Assembly: GCA_036273675.1 (NCBI GenBank)
Contig: DASUHD010000179.1
Coordinates: forward strand, 1-36,338
Length of the DNA: 36,338 bases
Reading direction: 5' to 3'
Origin: Ktedonobacterales bacterium
Lineage (GTDB): Bacteria; Chloroflexota; Ktedonobacteria; Ktedonobacterales; JADMIN01
The translations under genes and the position numbers were made by a program. The notes beneath the pieces were generated by a model. It did no database searches, was not told the origin of the DNA, and was given only the letters and a program-made list of their open reading frames with translations. Of this stretch, positions 17,254-26,752 are shown piece by piece (the first letter of the stretch is position 1; the number at the start of each line of letters is the position of its first letter).

Positions 17254-19599
17254 ATGGGTAGCCCTCTAATCACCGTGCAGCATGGGCATGTGAATGCGCC
17301 GATTGAAGTAGGCTCCGCCGAGTGGTTTGTCTGGCTCGACCGCATTGATGCCTTTGCTGTTGAGGAACACGATATCTCGTTCATCGCACAACGCGTGCAT
17401 GACGGAGTGTCAGCCTTGTGGCTGGCCTTCTGTGCCATCGAAAATGAGCCACGCTGGGTGGTGTTGGGCTCGGCAGCGGAACTCACACGCGAGCGCCTGC
17501 GGACGGCGGCGCATCAACTCGCGAACGGGGATACGGTCACCCCCGCGTTTCAGGTGGAACTAGACGGCGAGAGTGGACCTGTGCCGCATTTGCCTGACTT
17601 GCCCGTCACCAGCCTGGACCTCCTCGTGACCAAGCTAGAGATGCCCCTTGTCGATCACAGGACGCTCGTTCGCACGCGAGCCATCGAGCGCATGGACCAG
17701 GCGCTTGCGTATCCCGTCACCATTATCAATGCGCCGTCTGGCTATGGTAAGTCAACGCTCGTGGCGGCGTGGGCAAGGGAGACTTCGGCGCGGGTCGCAT
17801 GGCTGCTGCTGGATGAGAACGACAATGATCCAACACGCTTCGCTACCCATCTGCTGGCCGCGCTTGACCGGGTTGTTCCTGGCCTGCTTGCGGCCGGATT
17901 GCGCTATGTGAAGAATGCGCGGAAGCATCTCGTCGATGTCTCGCTCATCTCCCAACTCATCAACGTCCTGACCTCAACCGAGGACCACATTGTGCTCGTC
18001 CTCGACGATTACCACACGATCAGCCGGGATAACGCGGTGATCCATACCGCGATGAAGTACTTTGTCGAGTACCTTCCCGCACAGATCCATGTCATTCTGC
18101 TGACGCGCACGTGCGTTCCTTTGACCACCGCGCGGATGCGTGTCGCGGGGCGTCTGCTTGAGTTGCGGATCGAAGACATGCGCTTCACGGGCGACGAAGC
18201 GCGAACATTTCTGGAGCGCAAGACAGGCGAGGAAATTGCGCCCGAGGCGTGCGCGCGGATTCACCGCCGCACCGAAGGCTGGGTGGCCGGGTTGCAGCTT
18301 GCCGCATTCGCGCTCGAAGATCCACACACGCCCGCCGAGAGCGTGGCGGACCTTCTGAGCGAGAATCGCAATGTGGTCGATTTCATCGCCGATGAGGTGC
18401 TCACACGACTGCCGCGGATCGTCGGCGAGAATGTGTTGTGGATGGCCGCGCTGGACCAGTTCTGTGTCGCGCTCTGCGACGCGCTGCCGGGGATCGATGA
18501 CTGCCAGACCACGCTGGAGACCCTGGAGCGCGAGAATGCGTTTCTGGTCCCGGTCGATAACTCGCCTGGCTGGTATAGATTCCACAGGCTCTTCAGGGAG
18601 GTGCTGTGGAACCGGCTTCAGCGGACACATAAAGAGGATCTGGCCGAGCTATATTGCCAGGCGGGCGCCTGGTATGAGGCCCATGGAATGACGCGCGATG
18701 CTGTTCACTATGCGTTGTGGGCGAACGACGAGCACGCGGTTGTGCGCATCGTGCGCGATTTCGCTAATCGTGTGTTCGAGAGCGGATCCTCTCCGACCGA
18801 GCTACAAGCGTTGGCGCAATGCCTCGACCTCGTTCCAGCGGATGTCATACAGAGGCATCCGCAACTCTCGCTGATACAGGCGCAGATGTTTATACAATCG
18901 GGCGATCTCAGCGAGGGCGAAGAGTGGCTGGAAGCCGCCGATTTGCTCATCTCATCGCAGAGTATAACCGCAGAGAATGACGCGCCTGCGTCTGACGATC
19001 ATCTCCGCATGAAGCAAGAGATCATCCAGGCCCGCGACATCATCGCTCGATTGCGCGAGGGAGGCTCCTTCGCTGGCCATGGGCAAACACCGCTGACGCA
19101 CCCATCGCACCCATCGCAGGCGGGCCAGCCACGCGCCATCGCATCACCCAGGTCATCACCCAGGTCATTGCCCATGCCGCCGCGAACTCATCGCACGTCC
19201 CTGCATAGCGAGGCGCATGCGCATCATTCATCTACGGCCCCGGAATCTCCGGTCATGTACGAGCGGGTCACCGCGCGCGAAAAGGAGGTCCTGGCGCTTC
19301 TTGCCCGTGGCGACCGTAATAACGAGATCGCGGAGGAGTTGACTATCGCCCTCGCGACCGTGAAGCGTCACTTGAGCAATCTCTACCGCAAGTTGCAGGT
19401 GGACAACCGCACACAGGCGGTGTGGCGGGCCTGGACACTCGGTTTGCTAGAGGATCTTCCCGAGGAGAGCGCGAATACGTTGGCGCCAGATGACGACCAG
19501 CCTCAATCGGGTGATCGCAGTATGCCCCGGTGGGACCACTTCCCCAGCAACGGCCACGCCCAAGGCAATAACTATGCTCCTGGCGTCTCGCCGGGATAG
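17254..19599 (+). CDS. LuxR-family transcriptional regulator of the large ATP-binding (LAL/MalT-like, STAND) type with an extra about 120-aa N-terminal domain
   Basis: Walker A NAPSGYGKST at about aa 160, Walker B LVLDDYH, helical (TPR-like) middle region, and a C-terminal LuxR HTH (TAREKEVLALLARGDRNNEIAEELTIALATVKRHLSNLYRKLQV). RBS GGGAGGAGACGAACC. A low-complexity HPSHPSQ/SSPRS tract precedes the HTH. Confidence 0.85.
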   Translation: MGSPLITVQHGHVNAPIEVGSAEWFVWLDRIDAFAVEEHDISFIAQRVHDGVSALWLAFCAIENEPRWVVLGSAAELTRERLRTAAHQLANGDTVTPAFQVELDGESGPVPHLPDLPVTSLDLLVTKLEMPLVDHRTLVRTRAIERMDQALAYPVTIINAPSGYGKSTLVAAWARETSARVAWLLLDENDNDPTRFATHLLAALDRVVPGLLAAGLRYVKNARKHLVDVSLISQLINVLTSTEDHIVLVLDDYHTISRDNAVIHTAMKYFVEYLPAQIHVILLTRTCVPLTTARMRVAGRLLELRIEDMRFTGDEARTFLERKTGEEIAPEACARIHRRTEGWVAGLQLAAFALEDPHTPAESVADLLSENRNVVDFIADEVLTRLPRIVGENVLWMAALDQFCVALCDALPGIDDCQTTLETLERENAFLVPVDNSPGWYRFHRLFREVLWNRLQRTHKEDLAELYCQAGAWYEAHGMTRDAVHYALWANDEHAVVRIVRDFANRVFESGSSPTELQALAQCLDLVPADVIQRHPQLSLIQAQMFIQSGDLSEGEEWLEAADLLISSQSITAENDAPASDDHLRMKQEIIQARDIIARLREGGSFAGHGQTPLTHPSHPSQAGQPRAIASPRSSPRSLPMPPRTHRTSLHSEAHAHHSSTAPESPVMYERVTAREKEVLALLARGDRNNEIAEELTIALATVKRHLSNLYRKLQVDNRTQAVWRAWTLGLLEDLPEESANTLAPDDDQPQSGDRSMPRWDHFPSNGHAQGNNYAPGVSPG

Positions 19600-19903
19600 T
19601 CTATAGTCCATGTGTCAGCTAACCCGCTCTCATGTCCCGCGGACGAGCGCAATGGTATGGATTCACTCGGCCAACTACTCCACAGCATGATGAGGCGCGA
19701 GACGTGAGACTGCGGGTTGGGAGGAAAGCGGCTATCCATTCGGAGGCGGCCGAGTGTTCAGGGTTATACAACTTTTGGCCCATGCGACTGGCACGATTGT
19801 ATCGTCTCGTTAGGGTCTGGACGACTGAAGCACATAGCGTTGGATCGGAGGTGGAAGCAAGAATAGCGTATCACGATGGCCCGGTAGTAGGAGGTGAATC
19901 ATT

Positions 19904-22105
19904 TTGCGACTCCTGAATCGCGTCACATTCCATGAATCGTGGCAGCACAAAAGGAAGTCCATTACCCTTGCTATAAGCCAGAAGATTCGGGGAGTCTCCC
20001 TGAGTCAGTTCCGTAGTGTCATACAACACATAGCGGACATAGCGGCGAGCCGGGCCGCGTATGTCGCTGTGTTGGTTGCGGCCGCCTACTTTCTTGGCGC
20101 GCAGTTCGGCTTTTCGCTGCGTTTCCCCTCGTCTCCCCTCTCGGTGATCTGGCCGCCCAATGCCATCCTGCTTGCCGCGTTTCTGCTTACACCCACCCAG
20201 ATGTGGTGGTCGATACTCTTGGCGGTGTTGCCAGCGCATGTGATTGTGGAGCTTCAGAACGGTGTAGATTTCTCGACAACCCTCGGGCTTTACGTGACCA
20301 ATTGCGGCCAGGCATTGCTTGGCGCGGCTGGCATACGTTTTGTGTTTGGCGAGTCCCATCGACTGAACAGTCTGCGGCGCATTGTCGTATTTGGCCTGTG
20401 CGCGGCCATTGCCGCACCGTTCATCGTCTCTTTTCTGGATACCGCTGTCGCTGTGCTCACCAACTGGGAGATGCACAATCGGTTCGCGCTGCACTGGGAG
20501 GAGCGGTTTGTCTCGAACGTGTTGACGATCCTCATCCTCTCACCAGTGATCCTGGTCGTCGCGAACTGCTGGCGTGACTGGCTGCCCAAGGCGACGCCGC
20601 GCCGCTGTGTGGAAGCCGCGGCGCTCACTATCTGCGTGCTGGCGGTTGGGGCGCTTGTCTTTGCCACGGATGTCATCGCGACCACCGGCCAGAGCGCCTT
20701 TTTGTTCCTGCCCCTTCCGTTCCTGATCTGGGCGGCCGTGCGCTTCGGCATTGGCGGGACCAGCCTATCGCTGCTTGGCCTCGTGCTGCTCTCGACAGGC
20801 TGGAATACTGAGGCGGCGCATGGTCCGTTCGCCGCGCCCACGCCAGCCACCTCGGTGCTCGCGCTTCAGCTCTTCCTCATCTCGCTCTCCGCGCCCATGT
20901 TGCTGCTTGCGGTGTTGATCGATGAGCGTAACCGCACGGCGGCGGAACTGCGCCGGAGCCAACAGCAGTATCGCGATCTGGTGGAGACGCAGACGGAGCT
21001 CATCTGTCGCTATCGCCCCGATGGCACGTTGACATTCGTCAATGAGGCTTACTGTCGCTACTTTGGCGCGACACGCGAGGAGCTTTTGGGCCAGAAGTTC
21101 TTCGATCTGCTGCCTCCAGAGGCAAGCAAGAGAGCACAGCAAGCGTTGGGCCGCTTCGCGCGCAATCTCTCGACCGTCAGCGACGAGCATACCGTGGCGC
21201 TGCCCGATGGAACAACCGGCTGGCAGCACTGGACGGAGTATCCCATCTTTGATCCAGATGACGACTTCGTGGAGATTCAGGCGATTGGGCGCGATATCAC
21301 CGAGCGGAAGCGCGCCGAGCAAGAGGTGATGCGGTTGGCGGGGCATCTGCTGCGCGCGCAGGAGGACGAGCGGCGGCATATCGCGCGCGAGCTGCATGAT
21401 GGGACAGCCCAGACGCTGACAGGCATCGAGTTTACTTTGGGACGACTCCACAAAGGGCTTCTCGACGAGACCATGGACAGGGCAAAGGCCATTCAACTGG
21501 TGGCCGAGGGCTGCGAACTGGCTGCCGACGCCGTCCAGGGAACTCGCTCGCTCTCATACCTGCTACACCCTCCCGAGTTGGAGCATATCGGCCTTGCGGA
21601 GGCAATCCAGGCATACGCGGATGGCTTCACCCGCCGGAGCGGCATCGCCGTCGCGGTGGAGGCGCCGCACGATTTCCCCAGACTCGACCAGGATGCCGAG
21701 ATCGCCCTCTTCCGCGTTGTGACGGAATGCCTTACCAATGCGCTGCGACATTCCGACAGCAAGCGGGCGTACATACGCCTCTCCGCTCATCTGGGCTACG
21801 CCGCGGTGCGCGTGCGAGATTACGGTCAGGGGATGGATCCAGGCGTCGCGCGGCCAGTGGATGGAGATTTGGGCGCGCTCAGCGTGGGTATTCCTGGTAT
21901 GCGGCAGCGCATGCTGGAGTTCGGCGGGCGGCTCAATATCAGAACCGGAGCGAGTGGAACGCAGATTACCGCCATCCTTCCGGCGCACTCTTCGCCAGCG
22001 AGCCATACGCTTGTTCCCGGCGCGCTCGACGCCAATGCGCTCGACGCCAATGCGCTCGACTCCGAGCCGCTCGATGCTGGCGTCACCCTCTCAAAGGCGC
22101 GATAG
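19904..22105 (+). CDS. MASE1-PAS sensor histidine kinase, HisKA_3 (NarX/DesK-type) + HATPase_c; TTG start
   Basis: The N-terminal 330 aa is an 8-TM MASE1-like domain (SVIWPPNAILLAAFLLTP..WW). PAS (YRDLVETQTELICRYRPDGTLTFVNEAYCRYFG). HisKA_3 H-box ERRHIARELHDGTAQTL. ATPase motifs ECLTNALRHS, DYGQGMD. Perfect RBS AGGAGGTGA 7 nt before the TTG at 19904. C-terminal ALDANALDANALDSEPLDA pentapeptide repeats. Confidence 0.85.
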   Translation: MRLLNRVTFHESWQHKRKSITLAISQKIRGVSLSQFRSVIQHIADIAASRAAYVAVLVAAAYFLGAQFGFSLRFPSSPLSVIWPPNAILLAAFLLTPTQMWWSILLAVLPAHVIVELQNGVDFSTTLGLYVTNCGQALLGAAGIRFVFGESHRLNSLRRIVVFGLCAAIAAPFIVSFLDTAVAVLTNWEMHNRFALHWEERFVSNVLTILILSPVILVVANCWRDWLPKATPRRCVEAAALTICVLAVGALVFATDVIATTGQSAFLFLPLPFLIWAAVRFGIGGTSLSLLGLVLLSTGWNTEAAHGPFAAPTPATSVLALQLFLISLSAPMLLLAVLIDERNRTAAELRRSQQQYRDLVETQTELICRYRPDGTLTFVNEAYCRYFGATREELLGQKFFDLLPPEASKRAQQALGRFARNLSTVSDEHTVALPDGTTGWQHWTEYPIFDPDDDFVEIQAIGRDITERKRAEQEVMRLAGHLLRAQEDERRHIARELHDGTAQTLTGIEFTLGRLHKGLLDETMDRAKAIQLVAEGCELAADAVQGTRSLSYLLHPPELEHIGLAEAIQAYADGFTRRSGIAVAVEAPHDFPRLDQDAEIALFRVVTECLTNALRHSDSKRAYIRLSAHLGYAAVRVRDYGQGMDPGVARPVDGDLGALSVGIPGMRQRMLEFGGRLNIRTGASGTQITAILPAHSSPASHTLVPGALDANALDANALDSEPLDAGVTLSKAR

Positions 22106-22139
22106 CCACATCAAGGTGACCACGCTCCGTACGCGTCAA

Positions 22140-22193
22140 GGGCGAGGCCAGGCTCCTCCGGGGGAGGAGAGAATACTCCCCCTTCGGTCTCGC
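22140..22193 (+). terminator. nested GC-rich hairpins (GGGCGAG...CTCGCCC enclosing CTCCTCC-GGG-GGAGGAG) 35 nt after the kinase stop codon
   Basis: Inverted repeats read from the sequence. Placed immediately 3' of 19904-22105. Confidence 0.45.
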
Positions 22194-22379
22194 CCTGTGA
22201 ATGGGGACAGAGGGTGCGCTGCTGCCTATAGTGCATCTATGCGCGCCATGTCGGCAGGCGACACTCCGCCCGCTTCCGGGCAGGCCTCACGAGCGGCGTC
22301 GATGGCTGGAGCGGGGCTGGAAATCTCTTCGATCACGAGAAGACGGAATCTTTGTCTACATCAGAAAAGGAGACATGAC

Positions 22380-22859
22380 ATGGCGGAAGCCACGAACCCA
22401 ATGGACGCGAATGCTGCGAATGCCATGCATGCGGCAAGCGCCCCGCCGAGGGCGCAGGCAACCCCCGTCGCGACCACTCGTCCCGGCTTGGTGACGTTCG
22501 CTGGCGTGATGATGTTCATTCTCGGCGGATTTCAGTTGACGTGGGCGATTGTCGAGTTCAGCAATGCCGCCTGGCTCTCGGGTACGGTCTATGGCACCTT
22601 CAATGGCTACCTGTGGCTCTGGGCGATTCTGGACCTGCTGCTGGCGGGGGTCTCGTTCTATGCTGGCTACGATATTCTTCGTGGCGGCACGTTCGGCTAC
22701 GTCTATGGCGCGCTCGTCGCCGGGCTGAGCGCCATTCGCTGGTTCTTCTACCTTCCGGCGGCGCCAGTGGTGGGAATTGTCGTCATCGCGCTCGACATCC
22801 TCATCATCTACGGACTCGTCGCCAATTCAGACTATTTCCGCGAGAGTCCCGCGGCATAA
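22380..22859 (+). CDS. hypothetical small membrane protein (4 TM)
   Basis: RBS AAAAGGAGACA then the ATG at 22380. The product MAEATNPMDANAANAM... has four hydrophobic helices (LVTFAGVMMFILGGFQLTWAIV..). The long 5' part of ORF 21738-22859 is antisense to the kinase end and is rejected. Confidence 0.6.
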   Translation: MAEATNPMDANAANAMHAASAPPRAQATPVATTRPGLVTFAGVMMFILGGFQLTWAIVEFSNAAWLSGTVYGTFNGYLWLWAILDLLLAGVSFYAGYDILRGGTFGYVYGALVAGLSAIRWFFYLPAAPVVGIVVIALDILIIYGLVANSDYFRESPAA

Positions 22860-22913
22860 CCCGTGACATAACACAAGCCCCGGCGCGACAACCGCATAGA
22901 CGCTTCAGCATGA

Positions 22914-22950
22914 CCCCGGATACGGCGTAGACCGTGTTCGGGGCATTTTG
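22914..22950 (+). terminator. candidate intrinsic terminator (imperfect 12-bp stem CCCCGGATACGG/CCGTGTTCGGGG followed by CATTTTG)
   Basis: Stem-loop plus a short T-run 55 nt downstream of the 22859 stop. Confidence 0.4.
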
Positions 22951-23121
22951 TCTCCCCCGTCTCCCGTCTCCCCTCTCTTGATGAACGGCCAGTTTTTCCT
23001 ATAGCTTGCTTGATCGCAATGATATCCTATCCAAAAGGGTGGGCTATCACCTCACCTCTGGGCCAGATAGTGCATTGGAATCATCATAGATCATCCTGGC
23101 CGACAAGACGGAGTGACACAT

Positions 23122-23715
23122 ATGCATTATCAGGTCGTGGCAAAATCTGGCGAATCTTCTGGCGCCTGGGACTACTACCCGTACTGGGCGCCGGTCCGCG
23201 AAAAAAGCGCGGCGGAGCGGCTGGCCAGCTATGCCGCTCAAAGTGGCTATGAGGCCGCCATTCTCCAAAGTGTGACGCCTCAGATGCTCGAGTACGTCGC
23301 GGTAAGAGTGGTGGAGCGGCAAGATACCGATCTGTTGCCCGCGCTGCGGTATCTGCCGGGGGCGGCCGCGGCGCGCATGAGCGGCAGACAGCAGCGTGCC
23401 GTCGAGACGGCGTTTCGGCCCTCGTCCGTGCTCGATCCCTACACGGAGGGCGCAGACAAGGCAGAGTTGGACGCCCGGCGCCTCAACGCGGAGCTTGGCC
23501 CTGGTGGCGATATTCTGCGGCAGCGAACAACCATACGCCGATATCTATCACTGCCATTGCGCATGGATATCATCAGCGCCTGGCTGCGGCTCCGGGAAAA
23601 GGTCATCATCGGGGCGGTTGGCGGCGACAATGATGGAGTGGCGGACGGAGATGGAGCGGGCGACCCACGCGACGCGCACGCCCCCTCTACAGAAGCGCCT
23701 GAGAAGCGGGCTTAG
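23122..23715 (+). CDS. hypothetical protein
   Basis: 198 aa. RBS GACGGAGTGA before MHYQVVAKS. No recognisable domain. Acidic Gly/Asp-rich C-terminus. Confidence 0.5.
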   Translation: MHYQVVAKSGESSGAWDYYPYWAPVREKSAAERLASYAAQSGYEAAILQSVTPQMLEYVAVRVVERQDTDLLPALRYLPGAAAARMSGRQQRAVETAFRPSSVLDPYTEGADKAELDARRLNAELGPGGDILRQRTTIRRYLSLPLRMDIISAWLRLREKVIIGAVGGDNDGVADGDGAGDPRDAHAPSTEAPEKRA

Positions 23716-23732
23716 GAACGCCTGAACGCCGC

Positions 23733-25613
23733 TCAAGACGCTTGTATTCGCAGGGGAATGGTACACCAGAAGGTCGCGCCTTTGCCCACCTCACTCTCGA
23801 CCCCGACCTCGCCACCATGCTGCTCGACGATGAGCCGACTGATGTAGAGGCCGAGCCCCAAACCGGCATCACACCCGCTCTGGGGATGGATATCCGGCGC
23901 TTGATAGAAGCGTTCCCAGATCTGCGACTGAACGTTGGGCGCCAATCCTGGCCCCTGGTCGCGCACCGAGATGCGCGCTGCGCCTTCCCTCACGCGCACG
24001 TCCACCCGGATCGGCCTGGAGTCGGAAGAATACTTGCAGGCGTTATTCAAGTAGTTGGTAAGCACCTGCGCAATGCGCACAGGATCGGCCTGGATATAGA
24101 TCTGGCGCGGCCCCTCTACATGCAGGCGCAGCCGTCGCGAAGGGTAGAGTTGGCGGTGGTCCGCCACCTGGTTGCGTACTAGCGTGACGAGATCGCACCA
24201 CTCGGGATGCATGACCAGTCTGCCGGTGCGCGCATGCGTCACTTCGAGCAGATCAGCGACCAGGCTGCCAAGTCTACCAGCGGCTCGTTGCGCGGAGTCG
24301 AGGGATTCCCGCAGGGAGGTTAAGGTCGGAGCGGATGTCTGCTCGCCCTGGGGCATGCTGGCGCTCAATTTACGCTCGGCGAGGTAGAGCTGCCCCTGGA
24401 GCACAGTCAGTGGCGTGCGGAACTCGTGTCCAGCCAGCGCGATAAACAGCTCCATCTGCCGTGACGCCTCGCGTGTTGTCAATTCGCGCGTTGTCGCCTC
24501 GGCCCGCTCGCGTATCGCCTGATCGCGTTCGTCCTGGAAATTCCGCTGCTCCACCGCTAGCGCCGCCATGTGGGCCACCGCCCTGGCGAGCGACAACTCT
24601 TCCGTGGTGAAGTGATGCGCCCACATCCCATAGTCCAATCGCACGATGCCTTGTAGCCGACCCATCGAGCGTATTGGCGCAAGCAACCAGTTTGCCTGCG
24701 CGGACTCGTTGGAGGAATCTGCCTCCATGACTATGACTTCATCGCGGTAGATGCGGCTGATAAGCGAAGGGTCGAGGTGTTCCGCAAAGCGGCCTCCGAA
24801 GCGCGCCATGCGCCCATGAGGCTGCTGCCATGCCAACTCGATAAATGGCCTTTGGGCCACCACCGCAAGCGGTTCTAGTGTCTGAGTCTCCACGTTCAGC
24901 GCCAGTATGCTCACCGTCTCGCATCTGAATAGCGCCATCGCTTGCTCCGCCAACGTATGGGCGACGGTGCTGGCGTCCGCGCTACCAGCTTGCGCGGTGG
25001 GAGTCGTGAGCGCATGCGCCATAGCCAGCAGGCTTTCTAATGGACGTTGCGGTCGCTGAGAGGGGCCTGTTTCACGCTCATGGTGGGATACTCGCGGGGT
25101 GATGGCATATGCGGAACCCAGTGTCTTCTTACGTCCGCCTTTTTCCAGTTTATGAGCGGTGATGTCGAGCCGCTGAATCAGCGCGCCCGGCTGGCCATTC
25201 GCCAGCGGCGTGGCGGTCAACTGGAACCATCGCTCGCTGGCGGGCGATACGCGTGAGGGATAAGGATATTCCAGCGTGAAGAGCGAGCGCTGCCTGGCCA
25301 ACACCTCGCGGATACCCTGATAGGCTTGCTGGGCTACGTCTTCGTGCGGCCCAAAGGCCGGGCGGCTCACGTCGAAGTAGTTCAAGCCGAGGCCACTCTC
25401 GGGAAACGTGGCGGCGCCATCCTCGGCGGCGAACCGTCGCCAGGCCTCGTTGACAGCGATGATACCGCCCTCCCTATCGAGGATCGCGGCCTGCCAGGGC
25501 AGCGCGGCGAGCAGGTCGGCGCCGCCCATGCCGTGGTGCGTGGGCAGTGTTTTGAAGGTGGGTCTGGTCTTGAGGCGCCTGGTCGAATAGATGCGCTTGC
25601 TGTTGAGTAGCAT
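23733..25613 (-). CDS. PAS-GAF sensor histidine kinase (HisKA + HATPase_c)
   Basis: Start chosen at MLLNSKR (25613) with perfect RBS AAGGAGGGG 5 nt upstream. PAS (LPWQAAILDREGGIIAVNEAWRRF), central GAF-like region, H-box LAGHEFRTPLTVL. ATPase motifs NNACKYS, DQGPGL, GLGLGLYISRLIVEQHGGEVGVESEVGKGATFW. Confidence 0.85.
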   Translation of the reverse strand: MLLNSKRIYSTRRLKTRPTFKTLPTHHGMGGADLLAALPWQAAILDREGGIIAVNEAWRRFAAEDGAATFPESGLGLNYFDVSRPAFGPHEDVAQQAYQGIREVLARQRSLFTLEYPYPSRVSPASERWFQLTATPLANGQPGALIQRLDITAHKLEKGGRKKTLGSAYAITPRVSHHERETGPSQRPQRPLESLLAMAHALTTPTAQAGSADASTVAHTLAEQAMALFRCETVSILALNVETQTLEPLAVVAQRPFIELAWQQPHGRMARFGGRFAEHLDPSLISRIYRDEVIVMEADSSNESAQANWLLAPIRSMGRLQGIVRLDYGMWAHHFTTEELSLARAVAHMAALAVEQRNFQDERDQAIRERAEATTRELTTREASRQMELFIALAGHEFRTPLTVLQGQLYLAERKLSASMPQGEQTSAPTLTSLRESLDSAQRAAGRLGSLVADLLEVTHARTGRLVMHPEWCDLVTLVRNQVADHRQLYPSRRLRLHVEGPRQIYIQADPVRIAQVLTNYLNNACKYSSDSRPIRVDVRVREGAARISVRDQGPGLAPNVQSQIWERFYQAPDIHPQSGCDAGLGLGLYISRLIVEQHGGEVGVESEVGKGATFWCTIPLRIQAS

Positions 25614-26070
25614 CTGACCCCTCCTTACCCTTCGAGCAGATCCTCCGGACGCGAACCGGAAAAACTGCCCGACATGCGGCCCTTGCCCAATTGGGTTGTC
25701 ACTCACGGTTCGGCCTGGTATGTTTCCACGCCCGGCTCGAATCAGATGGTGTTGGGTCACGCCCAATCTACTTCACAAGAGTGTGAAGAATACAAGGCCT
25801 ACAGCAGGGCGCAGGCGAAAAATGGGCCTGCCTACATCCTTTCCTTGCCCATAGGAAAGGAAATACACAAGAGATTCGCGAACGAATCGGCAAGGGTTGC
25901 AACTTTCGGCGCATGCGCCCCATGTCGATGTGCTGTTACACTCCTCATCCTGGGGATAGCTCGTCAAGGTGGGGGATCGAAGAAGGGCAACGCCAGCTTG
26001 GTTCCTCGCTCGGGTCACACCCAACATGACGGCGTCCCACATCAGCGACGGCGGAGAAGGAGGTTGCCAG

Positions 26071-26736
26071 ATGACAGGTCCCATGGGAGAGCTTGGCCGT
26101 ATGCGTCTGATGATCGTCGATGACCATGTGGTTCTGCGACGTGGTGTCGTCGCCTCACTCTCAGATTTTGATGACATCGAGGTGGTGGCCGAGGCAAGCA
26201 GTGGGGAAGAAGCGCTGGAGCTATGCCAGAGGATTCCGGTGGATGTTGTGCTGATGGACCTGTTGATGCCGCCAGGAATGAGCGGGGTGGAGGCCATTCA
26301 GGCATTGCATGACGCCTACCCTGATGTGCAGCTGATCGCCTTTACCAGTTATCGTGACGATTCGCTGGTGGAGGAGGCGCTGCGAGCGGGGGCGATTAGC
26401 TATCTGCTCAAAGATGTATCGCCCGATGATCTCGCCAAGGCCATCCGGCTGGCGGGCCAGGGAATGCCCGTCCTCGCGCCTGCGGCAACACAATCCCTGG
26501 TCCATGCGCTGGCGCAGCGACATCCCAAGCTGGGGTATGACCTGACCGACCGCGAGCGGCAGGTGCTCGCCCTGCTGACCGAGGGCCTCTCGAACCACGA
26601 TATTGCCGAGCGCCTGGTCATCACGCCTGCCACGGTGAAGTTCCACACGCGCAGTATTCGCCACAAGCTTGGCACCACCAGCCGGACCGAGACCGCTATT
26701 CTCGCCTTACAGAACCATCTCATCCCGGTTGGATGA
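26071..26736 (+). CDS. NarL/FixJ-family response regulator (REC + LuxR-type HTH)
   Basis: Perfect RBS GGAGAAGGAGG before the ATG at 26071. RLMIVDDHVVLRRG...DVVLMDLLMPPGMSG (REC). C-terminal HTH LTDRERQVLALLTEGLSNHDIAERLVITPATVKFHTRSIRHKLG. Confidence 0.9.
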   Translation: MTGPMGELGRMRLMIVDDHVVLRRGVVASLSDFDDIEVVAEASSGEEALELCQRIPVDVVLMDLLMPPGMSGVEAIQALHDAYPDVQLIAFTSYRDDSLVEEALRAGAISYLLKDVSPDDLAKAIRLAGQGMPVLAPAATQSLVHALAQRHPKLGYDLTDRERQVLALLTEGLSNHDIAERLVITPATVKFHTRSIRHKLGTTSRTETAILALQNHLIPVG

Positions 26737-26752
26737 GCGGCATCAGTTCGTT

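Noticed and set aside
17974-18630. 218-aa minus-strand ORF inside the LAL regulator gene
   Set aside because: Antisense to a gene with Walker A/B and LuxR HTH motifs in the other frame. No independent signals.
20765-21496. 243-aa minus-strand ORF inside the MASE1 kinase gene
   Set aside because: Antisense to a CDS with clear PAS/HisKA_3 motifs. Arg/Leu-rich composition.
25735-25760. tRNA T-loop-like string GGCTCGAATCAG
   Set aside because: No flanking acceptor/anticodon stem complementarity or CCA-proximal structure, so no tRNA can be folded. No other tRNA-like or rRNA-like segments seen in the window.
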